64,000 nt of DNA from Neovahlkampfia damariscottae. Its lineage: Eukaryota. The position numbers and the translations under genes were made by a program. The DNA is taken from positions 1 to 64,000 of the forward strand of contig JABLTG010000010.1 of NCBI GenBank assembly GCA_016618085.1. Direction: 5' to 3'. This document shows positions 21,835 to 37,236 of the stretch, in pieces (positions within the stretch are counted from its first letter, which is position 1; each line of letters starts with the position of its first letter). Below the pieces are notes generated by a model, which was not told the DNA's origin, made no database searches, and saw only the letters and a list, made by a program, of their open reading frames with translations.

Positions 21835-22036
21835 TGCAATACAAAGAAAAATGGTACGAAATGATTGGACAACAAGTTAAACCCAATTTCTTTCATTCCA
21901 TTTCTATTTTTTCTTTTTCAAAGTGTAAAACTTTTGTCAAAAAAAAAAACTAAAAAAAAACCAACGAATCAATGAAGGTCTCACAAAATCTCAACTTGAA
22001 CAATAAATGATATTCATCTTCTTCTATTTTAAATAT

Positions 22037-22733
22037 TTATTTCTTTTTGCAAAGTGAATTTTTAATGATATCAATTGAGTTTGATTCTGCAAATCTAAAA
22101 GCTCTGAGAACAATAGTTGAAGGCCATAATAAAAATCCTGGTGTAACATATTTATTCTTTTCTCCTATTTTAAAATATGAGTTTTAAAAAAAAAAATTAC
22201 TCCAAATAAAAAATGCAATTATCGCTTGATAAATTGAAATACAGAAACAAGGTATAAAACTGAGTACAACACAGAAAGCTCCAACAACCATAATAGCAAC
22301 ATTTAATCCTACAGCAGCTCCAATTTGATCTGTTTGAAGATGAAAATTGAAAGATGATCTCATAACAATTGTTGTTACAACAAAAACAATGAAGTTAATA
22401 ATGGTAACAATAAGAAACTAAAAATTTAAAAGGAAAGTAAAATCCTACGAGGCATGAAACAATAAAACGTACAATTGGAATAAGATATGTGACTACAGAA
22501 ACAATTCCAACAATTCCGTTTACAATGAGACAAATAGCGGCAATAATATCAAGAACTACAATCCATTGAAATACTGTTCCATGAATACCCCAGTATAAAG
22601 CAATAAAACCAGCATAAGTGAGCGCAAGTAAAAAATTTGTAACTATAAAAACAATCATAAAAACATTGAGTCTATGAGAAAGAGGTTTGAATGGAGAATC
22701 TGGATCAGAACCTGATTCTTTTACTCTTTCCAT
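22037..22733 (-). CDS. Small multi-pass membrane protein (paralogue A)
   Basis: About 4 hydrophobic helices; clear similarity to 22890-23660 (YAGFIALYW.I.G.VFQWIVVLDI). Confidence 0.7.
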
Positions 22734-22889
22734 TTTTGAGTCATACTAAACAATTAAAACAACTCAGAAGTTATGTACCTTGTATTCGTAAACGTCGTCA
22801 GTCATCCAATTAGAGTTGATCTGTGAGGGAAATCTGATTGGACAAATACCTTTATACTGGAAGTTAACGTTAAAAAAAAATAAAATTTT

Positions 22890-23660
22890 TTATTCTTTTT
22901 TTTTACACAATGCTTTTTTAATCAAGTCAATTGTCATTTTTTCGACAAAATTAAAACCTTTGATGGTCATTCTTGTTGGAAATGTGAACAAGAATCCAGG
23001 ATCAATGTTATTTTTTTCTCCTATAAAAAGTTAATCTTAAATGTGCATATTTACTCCAAAGTCCAAAAGCAACCCAAATTTGAAATCCTGAACAACATAA
23101 ACATGGAAGGAAACAGAAAATAAGAGCAATTGAACCTACAACGAGGAGAGCAAAATTCAAAGGTCTTGTCATTGAATGAGCACCAGCTTTAAAAATTAGT
23201 TTAAATTGAAAAAAATTACCTTGTGGATCAAAATTGAATGAAGATCTTAAAACAATTGAACTAACAACAAAAATTATTGAAGTACAAAGAAGAACAATGA
23301 AAAACTTGAGATATTAAAATTATTTTTGCTTACAACTCCTGAAGCTACTAAACGTATAATTGGAATAACATAAGTTGCAACTGAAGCAATACCAGCAACA
23401 ACTGTTAATAAAAGACAAGCAGCAGCAGCAATATCAACAACAACAATCCATTGAAATATATCACCATTGATTGCCCAATAAATAGCAATAAAACCAATAT
23501 AAGCCAAAGCAAGAATTAATGTAAAAACCAAAAATATGATTAAAAATAAAGAAATTCTTCTTGAGACTGGAGGGAAAGGACTTGAATCTTCAGATGTACC
23601 ATAGGTATTTTGTTTCTTTACTTCTGGAGTGGTAGTATCATAATCATAAGTATCACTCAT
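22890..23660 (-). CDS. Small multi-pass membrane protein (paralogue B, tandem duplicate)
   Basis: Similar sequence and intron positions to paralogue A; both end LCKKK(E). Confidence 0.7.
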
Positions 23661-23737
23661 TTCTGTGGAAAGGTCAACTTCAAGTCAAAAATGATGTGAT
23701 TGGACAATACATTTGATTGGATAAATATAAAAATAAT

Positions 23738-26700
23738 TTATTCTTTGAATTCACTCAAAAATTGTTGAGCTTCACTATCATCAAACGATTGTTTAATAAA
23801 CTTCAATGATAAAGCTACTTGTTTAATCACGTCTTTGTTTTCTTGTGGACCAAAATTTGAATGTTTTTTGAATCCTTCAAAACCAAATTCTGTGAAATAT
23901 TCTTTTGTTGAGAGAGTATAATGTTGTTGAGTCATTGATTTAAATAAAGCCAATCCTTGATCAATAATTTCTTCAGTAGTATTTTCTTCTTTTTGTGTAT
24001 AAACTTTGACAGCGTGGGTTAATGAAGAATGATCTTTGAATACAGGAACAAATACTTCTGGAATTGATTTAAATGCTTCTGTTAATGCTCTATAAACAGC
24101 AAGGATTTCATCATTATTTTTAAGTTCTTTGACAATAGTAAACAAATATTTTTGGAAAAAGAACACTCTATCTCCATCTACACTTTCAAAGATTTCTTTT
24201 TGAAATAATGCTTCAAAGAATGTTTGTCTTTGATAAATTTGTTCAAATGGTAATAAAGCTGTAATAAAACCAAGTGATAATGAAGTATGACATTGCATTT
24301 TGTTTGATAAAAGTAAAAGTAAACGAATAAATTTGATTGTAATTTCTCTTGGTTTTGGTTCACTAAAACCTTTCATTAATAAACAACTGAGAGCAAATGA
24401 AAAATTCTTTTCAAATGACAATCCAATATTTTTTTCAAATGTATCAATGAGTTCTTTATTTTGTTCTCTAATAACTCCATTGAAATAACCACCAATATCT
24501 TCATAATCTTCAAAAACTGAATATTTTATCATAATTTTCATAATTGAGTATAACATTGAAACAATTGAAATATAGAATGAACTATCAGCAATTGGAATAA
24601 ACATAATACCAACCAAGAATAATGAATTTAAAGTTTCAATTGGTAATTTTCCAAGACGATAAGAAATTTGATAAATTGCCAACATTACACCTGAGCATAA
24701 TTCCGTGTTGTGAAATACTTTTGCACCTTGTTTTTCTAAACATCTAATAGAATATGGTAAAATTGAAATACATTCATTTGGTGGTCCAATAGCTGTAAAC
24801 ATTGTTAATACTTTTGGAAATAAAAATGATGTTGGATGAAGTAAAAATTTCTTGCAATTATATGACCAATTTTCATAACAATCATTTGCTAAACTTGGGA
24901 AACAGTCCATACATGAAATAAAGAATTTTACAATAACTTCAATATCTTGCATTGTAATTGTTTCAAAATTTAAATCAAATTTTTGTGTTTTAAATGGATT
25001 TGGTTCAACTAATTCATTTCCCAAAAAGATTAATTTAAATTCTTTTGTTTTCATTTTTGCAATTAATTTCAAATATTCTTCTTCAAAATCAGGTGAAACT
25101 TTTAAGTGTAAAGCATGAAGAAGATTCGCACAAATTCCATAATTAACTGATCTTAAATTGACATCACCAATTCCTAATGATGAAATTAAAATGAAGAATA
25201 AATGATGAATATGTTCTTCAAAGTTAATTTTGTTTCTGAAACATAAAAACATAATATATTTTAAATAAACAGATAATGATTTTGTGAATTTTGGAGTATC
25301 TTTATCAACATATTCAGTTGAAGCAAACAATTTGATAATTTTATCAATAACAGTTTTTGTAACATAATTACTTGGAGCAATTGTGATTAAAACATCACCT
25401 AATGATTCAATTTGTTTAATTGATAAATCTTCTGAATATTCAAAAAGAGCATCAATAGCACCTCTTAAAATTTCTTCATTTTTATTTAAAATCAACCAAA
25501 TATCTGATAATAAAACTAAAGAGTCTTCACTTTGACATGAACATTTTACCAATGTTTGATAAAATTGTTTTAATTTTTCTTCTTTTTCCTCTTTTCCAAC
25601 ATATTCTGTTAAATTATTTACCCAACATTTCATGTATCCAATACAAACAGTTTTAGCTCTTGTGTTATTTGTTTCCAAGAAACCAGTAAATGCTTCTAAT
25701 AAAAATTCAAGTGTTAAATCAGGTCTTAATGAGCTAATTTCTTCACTTAATTCAAGAACTAAATCATTTGTATTATATGGAATTGATAAATATTGTGATT
25801 CAACAACACTTGAAATTTTTAAACCAAATCTTGTTGTCATATAACCAAGTAAATTATAAGCACTTAATCTTGATTCTGGTTGACTTGCTTGAAGATTCAT
25901 AAATGAAATATTCAATAATTGACCAGGAACATCAGCTGGACTTAATTGTTTTGCTGTTGTTTTTTTGAGTAATTCAACTTCACCTTGTCTTTTTAATCTT
26001 TCAATTGAATTATTTAAACATTGAAGAATTTTTTCTTGTTCATTTGATTTTAATGTTAATGTTTGTCCTTCATATAAAATCGAAAATTCTTTTTTTGTAT
26101 TAGTAATTTTACAGAATGAAAGTTGATAAAAATCAACTTTTCTAATCGGTGAAAGAAAATCTTTTTTATCAGAGACAATAATCAAATTTTTCGGTGTAAA
26201 GTTAAGTGTTGCTTTTTCAGGTCTATTTTTAATTTGAACATCTGCAAATGAAACTTCAATTCCATCAAAACAAGTTTTTTCATCTTCTAATACTTCAATT
26301 TCTGAATCATCAATATGTTGACTTAATCCATCAGCACCAATTACATAATTTGATTGTCTAACAATTGATTTATTTATACCTAAAGCAAGGAATTTTGGAT
26401 TAGCAACTTGTGATGTGAAATAACTATTTGGATTCAAAACAATAAGTTGTTTTAAATTATTTTGAGCACCTTTTGGAATAATATTGATAATTTGAACAGC
26501 TGTTGATAATTGAATTTCATGAGAAGGTTCCCATTTTGTACTAACAAAAACAAGACAAAATGGTGATGTCCAAATTGGTTCAAGTACTTTGGCAATATGA
26601 TAAATGATTAATTTTTCATATTTTTGTTCAAAAAATCTTGGAACAAAATATGCAACTGGTAAATTTCCTTTTGATTTTCCTTTCAAGTAGAAGATATCTT

Positions 26701-29700
26701 GATTAATATTTTCTAATTCTTTTTCTTTTGCAGCCATTGTAGACATGAATTTTTCATAAGTTGGATTTGTAAATAATAAATCTTCATCATTTTTCTTTTT
26801 CTTTCCTCCTTTCTTTTTATCTTCTTCTTTAGGTTTTGGTAATTTTTCTAAAATTGAAGAAATCTTTTCATAAGCACTTGAATTTGAACCTTCAATTGTT
26901 AATTTTTGTAAACTTGGTCTCATTGTTTCTAAGTAATTGAAAATATAACGATGAATGACTTCATAGTTTTCAGTGATATCTCCTGATCCTGAATCAATTG
27001 CAGGTACTTTATTTTCTGGAATTGTTGATAATTCTTCAAAAAATACTTCTAATTTTGGAGTGTATTTTTTAATGACATTTGTAAAGTAATCCATGAAAGG
27101 TTCTTTTTGTGTTGACCAAATACCATTTGCCAAATTTTGTAAAATTTTTGTAATGATAATTGAATATCTTCTTGCATCATTAACATTAGTTTCATTTTTA
27201 ATTTTAATTCCATTTGCAGTAGGGTTGATAATTGCAGGATTCATAAGTCTCAAGAATAAAAATCCACCAACAGCAATAATTTTTGGTGAAAGTGCATCAT
27301 CTTCTTTTTGCTCGAATTTTTCACCAACTGCTTTATAAAGATATGAACAATAACATCTTAAAGTATATGGACATAAATCAGCTGATTTTAAAATATGGTC
27401 CAAGAATTTTTCACAAACAGCTTCAACTGCTTTTTGATTTTCTTCAGCATTTTCACCTCTTTGTTCTGCTTTGATTGGATCAATTTCAAAGTTTACTGGA
27501 TTTGAATAAATGTCATTCATGAAATCACCTAAAAGTGAATTCAAATAAGAATGTGAAACTCTTGCACAATAAACTTTCATCAATTTTGAAGCTGTTGAAT
27601 TTGCTCTAAATAAAGTACCAGGGTCTAAAGTAGAAGCTGTTTCTAAAATAACAGTTTTTTCAAATAATTTCAACAAATCATCTTCTTTTTCCATAAAAAC
27701 TTTTGAACAAGCATCCAAAAATACATCTTTTTCAAAGTTTTTGACTGTGTTACAAACAACAAAAAGAAGTTCATAATCATACAAGAATAATTGATTCATT
27801 AATGATGAATATTTTGATTCATCTTTTGATTCAACAGCATCTCCACCTTGAGATTCTAATGAAAAACCTTGTTTTACAAGTGATGACAATTGAGCAAGAA
27901 AAGCAGATCTAATATTTTCATCTGAATGATATGCCATTGTCATGTAATTTTGTAAACCATAACTGATGTTTGAATTTAAAAGACCTCCAAGAGCTTCAAT
28001 ATTGTATTGTCTGAATGCTTTCTTCTTTGTTGTTTTTGGTAACATGTTTTTCAAGAAGGCAAAATATTTCAAGAATAAATCTTGTTCTTCAGTTTTGATT
28101 TTTAAACCTTTTAATAATGAAGCAATTCCTCTCATACATGTTTCATTCAATTGTTCATATTTAACAATAATTTCATTCTTGTCTGTTCTTTGTTCAAGTT
28201 TTGCTGATGTTAAAGCAAAGTCTGATGTCCATTCTGTAATTTTATCAATCATAACTGTCCTGAATTTCATTTCTGATTGAAATGTTAAATATTCACTTTT
28301 ACTCATAACTGCATCCATGAGTAAACAGAATTTGTGTTTTGAAGTGATTGTTTCTTTGTCTAAAACAAGATCAAAATTTGATAAAAATTGAAGAATAATT
28401 GTTAAAAGATTTTCTAAATCTGTCGCTAAAGCCAAATAATCAGTTGATCCTTTTGATTCAACAACATTTTTGATAATTTCAATTGCTTGTGCAACAAATA
28501 ACTTAATTTTATCATCAATAACAAATTGACCATTTCTGAAATTCTTTTGAATGTTTGAATGCATGTTATGAATCAATTTATCATATAAAGCAGGTGCTAA
28601 ATCTCTAGCCATAGCTTTTGAAACAATTGCACGAATTCCATTATCATCAGCAATCATTTGTTGCATTAAATCATCTAAAAATGCATCTAATTTATCATTA
28701 CCAGATGTTGGTGTAATTTGTGCTTGTATAGGTGGTAAAGTAGTACCTTTTAAACCTAAAGTTGAACCTTTTTTTTCAATTCCTTTTGTCATTTGTTTTT
28801 TATCAAGTGGCTTTGGTTTTTCAAGAATACTTGCTGCTCTATCCATTTCTGCTTTTCTGTCTTTTTTTGGTTTTTTCTTTTTTTCACCAAGTAAAATAAC
28901 ACCTCCTAAAGCACATAACATTTTTGTATAGTATTCTAATACTTCACGATTTTCTGGTCTTTTAACTAATTCTTTCCATCTATCATAAATTCCATTAAAA
29001 GCTAATAAATTAGATTTTGTTTGCATTTCAATTCTTCTAAATAATTGAATTTGTGATTCTCTTGCTTCATCAATATTTCCAAAAAGATCAACACTTGTAA
29101 GTTGACTGAAGAAATTATAATTCAAATATTTCAAATCACGATTTTTCAAAATATCAATTTGATCACAAATATCTCTTAAACATCTTGTTGTTAAATCCCA
29201 AACTTCACGATCTGTACTACATAAACAAACTAATAAAGAACTTGATAATAATTCTAATGATTGTAATCTTTTTGTATGTGATTGAACTTCAGGTGTGATT
29301 AAAGTTGAAAAGTTAAAGAAGAAAATTTTTGAACGGAAAGTGATGTATCTAATAACTGATAACAATTCTTTCAATTCTGGACTATTCAAATCAGTGACGT
29401 TGAATAATGATTTCGCTAAAATACTTGTAGCTTCTGCAGTAACTGAAACAAATCCAGTAACCATGTCACTTGGAAACCATTTTTGAATATAACTTTCAAG
29501 GAATAATTTCTTAAATAATCTAACCATTTGAAGTCTAGATCCAACCCAAGGCTCAACTAAGTTTGTGAATGTAAGTGATAAATCTGAAAATAATCCATTC
29601 AAAACTGTTAACTTTTCTGAAGATGTTTTGCTTAAAAGAAGTGTTGGATTTGAACAAAAGCAATGTAATAATGATCTTAAAGCCAGTTCATGATAGTTCA

Positions 29701-31545
29701 CTTTTTTTTCATCTTTCTTTCCTAAGAGACCTCCTAACTTTCCTGTTTTTTTTTCAATAACATCATCTTCTGCATCATCAAGTTCTTTTAATTCTCTAAA
29801 TAAATCAATAGTTGGTTTTGAAATATCATCAACACAAGTATCTATTCTTGGGTGGTCTGGAATTAAATCAGTGCTGTCTTTATCAAGAGCTAATATTGCC
29901 ATACATAAAGCATACTTCAATTCATTTGGTCCAGTAAAACATGGTAAAAATGTACCACTAAGAACTGTTTTTTTTGGAGCAGAAACAAAATCAGCAACAA
30001 TAAAGTTAGCCATCAATTCAACATCTAAAGTTCCATCTGTTTTTTTTGGAAAAGTACCAGTTTCTTTATCTTTTGGAAGTAATTTTGAGATAAAAGATAC
30101 TTTGAAATCTGATAATAATGATGTTGATGATTTTTCATATAAACTTTTTGGTGCATAGGAAAATGCTTTGTAAAGTTCAACTCCGACTGATGAACCAAGA
30201 ATGCTTTCATCTTTATTCTTTCCATTAACAAGTTTTACAGAACCTTTATAAAATTTCTATGAAAATTTGTTAAAAACAAAAGAAACTTACACTTGGACTT
30301 GAAGAAGTTTTTCCTAGTGTTGCTATTTCATTTGGTAATAAAGTTAAAAGTAATGCACAAAGTGGGTAAGAATAAATTTTTGATTCTTTTCTACTATCAG
30401 CTTTTTTGTACACATCATCAAATAAATTTGAAACCAAGTTTTGAAAATCTTTTGGTTTTTTATTCTAAAAATGTTTAAAGAATAAAAAAAAAGTTACATT
30501 CAAGTAATTGGTATATTCATCATGGTGATTAATAATCCAATTCCAAAATCCGTATTTTAAACTTGAAACCAATTCGTTATAGTTATTTTTTGACATTTTA
30601 GCAACAAGTGGTTGAATGAATTTGATAAGGTTTGAGAGTTTATCAACATTCATTTCCATGTATTCAATTAAACGAAGTTTTCCATTAGCGTCACTTAAAA
30701 AGTTAAATAAATAAGAAAAGTTACTCTTTTCCACTGAGACTGTTTTGAATTTCAGCAAAAACAATATCAAAGTTGATTATTGATAATTTAAAGATAATTT
30801 GTTCTTTGAAATAAAATGATCTGTCTTCGTATTCAGTCATTCTTGTACTGTGAGTTGGTACTCTAACACCTGTGTAAATTTCTTTTCCAAGACATTCAAG
30901 TAACATAAGTGGTGATGCCATATCTAACTTTGTCAAAGGAATAGGTTTTTTTTCTGTCTTTTTTGTTGTAAGGTGTTCTGAAATTTCTTTTTTCTTTTCT
31001 TCATCTTCTTCGTCGTCAAAACCAATGTCGTCTCTTTCTTCAATTGTAGTATCTTCATCTTCTTTGATTTTATCATAAAATTGCATATTATGATGATGAT
31101 TTGGTAAGTGTAACTATAAAAGAGAAATTTAACATTTTTTTTTTTTTTGTTTACTTTTTTGTTTTCAACAGCTGTATCAATAAAAAATTCAAGTAATTCA
31201 AGCATTATCATTTTTGATTTTGATATTTCTTCCATATCTTCAAGACATGAATTATCTTTATTTTCTTTTTGTTTTTTCTCCTAAAATGTAAATGTTACTT
31301 TTTTCGAAAGTAATTACCATCTCTTTGTCAAGTGTATCAACCCAAGTCACAAATGGTTGAATAAATTGATTTAATCCAAAATTTGGAATATAAACCAATT
31401 CTTTTAAAGTATTGATGTGTTCAGCAAGTTTTGCGGATTTCGCTCTATTTTTTTTTAAGTAAGGGAGCTTTTTTTAGCGTATCATTTAATGTCTTACTGT
31501 TTTCGCAACTCTCTCAATTGAAGCGAGAATTAACAAGTGCTCCAT
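23738..31545 (-). CDS. NF1: Neurofibromin-like RasGAP (GRD + Sec14-PH + HEAT-like arms)
   Basis: TLFRANSTASKLM arginine-finger region and GGFLFLRLMNPAIINP; Sec14-like segment; DVPGQLLNISFMNL...RLSAYNLL matches NF1/Ira. 5' exons traced to MEHLLILASIERVAKT at 31545. Confidence 0.88.
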
Positions 31546-31669
31546 CTTTTGTGTTTATTTTTAATTTTCCTAACACTGGAGAAATGCACCAATCAAAAGT
31601 TCTACTATTCTGACCAATCATTCCTCTTTTTAACAAGATTTTTTCGTGAACCAATCAAAAACCATCACT

Positions 31670-32624
31670 ATGCATGAATTGACTTCTAAAAATGCCAAAT
31701 TTATAAAATTTATACAAGAAAACGTCTCAGAAGAGACTTCAAAAATATTTTTAGAAAATGAAATTACTGAAGAAACTTTCTTAGAATTAAATGAAGAAGA
31801 TTTAAAAGAAATGGGCATCACAAAAGTGAGATTTTGTCAATTAAATTAATCAAAAGTAGTTAGGTCCAAGAAAAAAAATTTTAAAAATCATAAATTCAAC
31901 CGTGACAAACAAAAAAAGAAAAAATAATTTTACCGATTCACAACCTGAAAAGAAAAAAAAGATTGAGAAAATCGAAGAAAAAAAAATTGAAGTCATCCAA
32001 AAAGAAGAAGAAGTTATTGAAGAACCTAAAAAAATTATAACTTGTTGTATTTGTTTTGAAGATAAAGATGAAAATGTCACTTTGAATTGTTTAGACAAAT
32101 TTTGTACTGATTGTTTGAAAGAATATATCAAAACGAGCGTACAAACAAAAAAATTTCCAGTTAAATGTCCAAATCCAAAATGTAAACAAGAGATTCAAAT
32201 TCCAATTATAAAAAAAATTATAAATGACGATAAGTTATTTATGGAATTCGAAAATACAACAACTCAAGATTTGATAGAAACTGAGAAAAATATTTATAGT
32301 TGCTGCCCAACTCCAGATTGTAAATACTCATTTGTTCATTTGGAAGGTGATGACCCACATTTTAGATGTGAAATTTGTAGAAAACATTATTGCTTAAATT
32401 GTAAATCAGAATATCACCACAGGATGACATGTCTTCAGTATAAAAAGAAACACATAAATGATGTCTTGTTTATCAAATTTGTAACTGGAGCCAATTACAA
32501 ACAGTGCTTGAAATGTAAAGCATGGATTGAAAGAACAGAAGGATGTCCTCATATGACTTGTAAATGTGGATTTGAATTTTGTTATGCTTGTGGAAAAAGT
32601 TATGAAAGTTGTGCTTGTAATTAA
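31670..32624 (+). CDS. SAM-domain RBR (RING-IBR-RING) E3 ubiquitin ligase
   Basis: SAM-like FLENEITEETFLELNEEDLKEMGI; CCICFE...CPNPKC RING1, CCPTPDC IBR and KQCLKC..IERTEGCPHMTCKCG RING2. Confidence 0.9.
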
Positions 32625-32676
32625 ACCAATTAAAAAATTTCATTTTTCATTTTTTTGTGTACCCAAAACAACGTCA

Positions 32677-33867
32677 ATGGAAACAAAACCATTTTTTTCA
32701 TTCATACAAAATACGGAAATTCGAAACCAAAGGTATAATTTCATCAAAAGGATCAAAAATCAGATTTCAAAAAGTTTTAATTCAACAATTATTTTACCAT
32801 GTGAACATAAAGGTCCTATTTTCAATTTTTCTATTGATTTAGTGGAACAACAATAGTAAGTATAAATATTTTAAAGTAAACAAAAAGTCTGCTCACTGGT
32901 TCTGCTGATTGTATGGTTTCATGTATTGATTTGGATTCCAACAAATTGATGTTCAAAATACATGCTCATAAATACATTGTTAGTGCGGTGGAATGGTTTG
33001 CACATGATACAGGAATGTTTTATACTGCTTCATTTGATAAATTTTTGAAAATTTGGGATACTAACAAAACAAAGGTTTCTCAAAAATTTCCGATGTTTTA
33101 TAAAATTTATTCAATTTCTAGTTCACCAATTGCTACAAAACATTGTTTAATAGCAAATGGAACTGATCATACAGAAATATTTCTTTGTGATTTATATTCA
33201 GGTTTTACCAAAAAATCAATGTTAACAAGAAAAAATAGGAAGTTCTGTTCAACGATTGAAGGGACATAAATCAGCAATCAAAGCAGTTAAATGGTCACCT
33301 GTTAATGAATATCTGTTAGCATCAGGGTCAAAGGATCAGAGTATTCGATTATGGGATATTCGAACTTTGAAATGTCTTACACAAATTTCAAATTCTCATT
33401 TCGGCACCATTACGAATTTACAATTTTCAAAAGATGGAAGGTACCTTTATAGCTCTGCAAATGATAATAAATTGAAGAAATGGGATCTATTAAAAGAAGT
33501 AAAAGATACATTGGTCACCTATCCAAATATCGAAAATTCTTATCAAATTTCCAATCAATTTACTTTATCCAATACGTAACTTTTTTAAAATACATAACAT
33601 ATATTTAGTGATGATATATTGTTTCACCCAAATGGTAAGAATATTTCACTGTATGATACAGATTCAGGAGAGGAATTGGGTAAATTAACAAATCATTTCA
33701 GTCGAGTTAATGCATGTATATATCATCCAAATAATAAAAATGAATTGTATTCTGGTGGTGAAGATTACCAAATTCTAAAATGGGAATACAAAAATCTAAA
33801 TCAAAATACAAATTTCACGAATGGTTTTTTCAAAAAAGTTGAAGATAAAGATGATTGGAGCGATTAA
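32677..33867 (+). CDS. ERCC8: WD40 protein, CSA/ERCC8 (Rad28)-like
   Basis: HKYIVSAVEWFAHDTGMFYTASFDK.LKIWDTN, SPIATKHCLIA and GH...VKWSP.NEYLLASGS.D.SIRLWDIR match CSA. Confidence 0.8.
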
Positions 33868-33996
33868 AAAAAATGTCAAAAGAAATATTTTTAAAAAATT
33901 CGATTTATTTTCAACATATATTCATTTTAAAAAAAATTAATTTTTTGCTTTGAAATTCAAGTCATGCTAAAAATAAAGAATTTTTGATTGTTGAAA

Positions 33997-35933
33997 TTAG
34001 AACTGTTGTTTTAAAAATCTTGAAACGTCATTTCCTTTTTGTAAACATTCAAAGATTTCTTTTGATAACATTTCATTCCCATTACTTACATGTTTAATTA
34101 AAGTCAATAATTCATTTTGATCAACTGAGATTTGATTTTCTTGAAGACTCTTTTCACCTGATACATCAACCACATTATTTGATGTTAAAAATGGATGTTG
34201 TAATAATTCTGGAATAGTCATTCTTTTTTGTGGATCTCTTTGAAGAGTATTTTTTAAAACTTCCATCAGGTACTCATTTGATATTGGTGGAAATGATATT
34301 TCATAATTTTCATCTGTGATTGCATGAATTGCTTTTATCATGGTTAAATGAGAAAATGGTGTTCTTCCATAAGTCATTTGATATAAAATACAACCTAAAC
34401 TCCAAATATCACTGGATCTACCTAATTTGTATCTTGAAGAAGTGTTAAAAGAATATTGTTTTACTTTGGTTTTTCTGAACCTAAGGATGCAGATGGGTTT
34501 TCATTTATTGCCTCAGGTGACATATAATTGACTGTTCCTACTTGACTATCTCTTACAATATTCGTTGTATCATTTTGAATTTTATTTGCTATTCCAAAAT
34601 CAATTAATTTAACCATTCCTTTAACTAACAAAAAATTTGCAGGTTTTAAATCTGAATGAATGATTTTCTCTTCATGAATTGTTTGAACTGCTTCCAACAT
34701 TTGTTCCCAATATAATCTAATTTGATTTTGATTCAATTTTTTTGATTTCAGCAATGATGATAAATCAGTATCACCACATTCCATGACTAAATATAAAGTT
34801 GCATCTGATTTTCTAATTTCAGAATCAACATATTGAACAATTGTCTTTTTTCCTCTTAATTGTTTTAACATTTGAATTTCATTGATAAAACCCATCATTG
34901 TTTGTCTATTTACTCCTCTAAGTTTTACTTTCTTCAATGCGAAAACATTCTTCTTTGAATCAAAGACTTTGTATACTTTTCCACTTCCTCCTTTTCCCAC
35001 GACTGATATTTTTGTATACATTGTATTATTAACTGTTACAGTATCATTTTCTGTTGTAGAAGGTGATGGATGAACTTCTTGTTTTTCAGGTTCTTTTGGG
35101 TTCATCATTTTTCTTTTTTTCAGCATTTTTAAAATTTGATCATCTTCATTATCAGACATAACTATAATAGGTTTCTTTTCTGGATTTTTATTCTTAAAAA
35201 AAATACCACCAGAATTATGTGAATTAGAAAATAAAGAATTTCCAAAAGTTGATCCAGATGTTCCATTGGACGATTCAACTTTTAAAATTTTTGTTTCTTC
35301 ATTATCTTCCATTGTTTCAACAGACATTGCAGATTTCTCCATTTGAATAGTTGGGTCATCTGTTATTTTCTTTGATAAACTTGTAATGTGAAATTGTGAA
35401 ATATCTTTGCCTTGAATAATATTTTGAAGAGCTTCATTCAAAATTTCTACACCAAGCATTGATTTTTTTGAAGCTCCTTTTTCTAAAATCATTTTGGATT
35501 TTTGTTTATTTCCATTGAATTCAACTTGCGCCCAAACTAAATAAAAAGTATGTTCTTCGAGGCCTATTCTTTGATTTTTCATGTATTTCAATGAATCTTT
35601 TGCTTCATCTAAAGAAGAGTGTTTTGATAAAAATAAAATAAAATGTAGCCAAAGATTCACGTAAGATGGATTTTTTCTGAGTTTGAGCGGTGGTAACTCT
35701 TTTGTCGCTTTGTGAAATATTTTAGATATTGTTTCTGGTGTTTCTTTATGAGAGTAGTCATAAGCCAATAACTCTCGCCAAGTTTCTGGGTCTTCTTTGT
35801 TTTTTATAATTTGTTCTACTAATTTTCTTCTTTCATCCTTCAAACAGAGTCCAAACTCTATCTCCTCCTTGAGGTCAAACCTTTTTATGTTTGTGTTGAA
35901 GTCAACTTTTGATAGTGGTTGACGAACTGTCAT
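33997..35933 (-). CDS. MPS1: Mps1/TTK spindle-checkpoint kinase with N-terminal TPR-like region
   Basis: GKGGSGKVYKV, IHSDLKPANFL, KLIDFGIANKIQNDTTNIVRDSQVGTVNYMSPEA. Confidence 0.92.
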
Positions 35934-36022
35934 GTTACACTTTTGTCGTTACAAAAGTTTTTAGCGGGTGAAAAATTGACCAATCATTTTTTTTTTATTT
36001 TTTTATTTTTTTTTCAAATTTT

Positions 36023-37054
36023 TTATTCTTTTCCAATATAATCTGAAGGAACCCAACCACTAATTCCTGTTGTTTTACTGACTACACTTGACCATCCATC
36101 TTTTTCTTCAACCAATTCGAATTTATCTCCAACTTTCATGGAAATGGCACCTTCATCACCATCATAATCAAACTTAGCAACAACTAAATTTGAGGTTTCT
36201 TCTTTCAATTCTTCCTTTGGTTCTTCTACTATTGGTGTTTCATTCATTTTTTGTTCATCTTTGACATCTTCAACTTTTTCTGGTTTTATTTCTTCTTTTA
36301 CATCTTCTACCTTTGGTGGTTCTTCTTTTTTTTCAGGCTTTGGTTCATCAATTGTTTCTTTGATTTCTTCTTTTTCGTTTTTTTTGTCTTCTTCAAGTTT
36401 TTTTCTTTCTTCTTGTTGAACTTGTCTTTGAAATTGCTCTTCTGTATCATCTTGTCGTGTTTCTTCAACAATTGGATCAATATCTTTGTCAATTCCAAAA
36501 TTCTCTGCACAGATTTGAATTTTCAAACGAGGAACTAAAGAGTTATTTCCACTTCTAAATCTCTAATTTTCATTAAAAAAAATCAAAAGAAAAATACTTC
36601 TGAAGGTTCGAGTTTTACCCATACAACTATTTTTTTAAAATTATAATTTTTGTTTTTTACCTCGATCTTGTTGATATTTTAATTTCAAATCTGATAATGG
36701 AACTTCAACTTTAGCACATCTTTCATTGTGTTTAATTTTATTTTTTTTTTACACTTCAGCCTCTTTTACAAACGGATCTACGTCATGAATTGAGAACAAA
36801 AAAAAGTCTCGATGATAATCCTCAGGCGTGAATGCAAATCTTGTTTTCCATACTGGATTCTTTTCATCTTTCAAAGTTCTTGTTTTGACAGACCTAAGCA
36901 CTTTGATCTCATCTCCACTGTTATGACATAAATTGACTGAACAATAAGGGTCTGATTCTGAGAACAAATCTTTTTTTGGGATATTCGTAGCTTCAACAAC
37001 TGTCAAAGTGAGTCTCAACTTTTTGTCAAAAGAGAGGTATTTCTTGTTGGACAT
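36023..37054 (-). CDS. C2-domain + SH3-domain protein, multi-exon
   Basis: LTVVEATNIPKKDLFSESDPYC (C2); VAKFDY...MKVGD...DGW...SGWVPSDYI (SH3). Confidence 0.85.
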
Positions 37055-37236
37055 TAATGTATGATTTGATTGGTCGTTCAGATGGTCTTTTTAACTCAAT
37101 AATTATTTTATTTTTTTTTATTTGAAAATGGAAAATGAATTTCAAAAAAAACTAAAAATCGTTATCCAATCAATTCCTTTCTTTTCCAAAGTATTGAGTC
37201 AACAGGAAATAAACGTCTCTTGTAAATAAAAAAATA

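Noticed and set aside
24178..30158. Many 60-100 aa antisense or alternate-frame ORFs over NF1 (likewise over the USP, RGS and Mps1 genes)
   Set aside because: Shadow ORFs of long AT-rich coding regions with no independent motifs.
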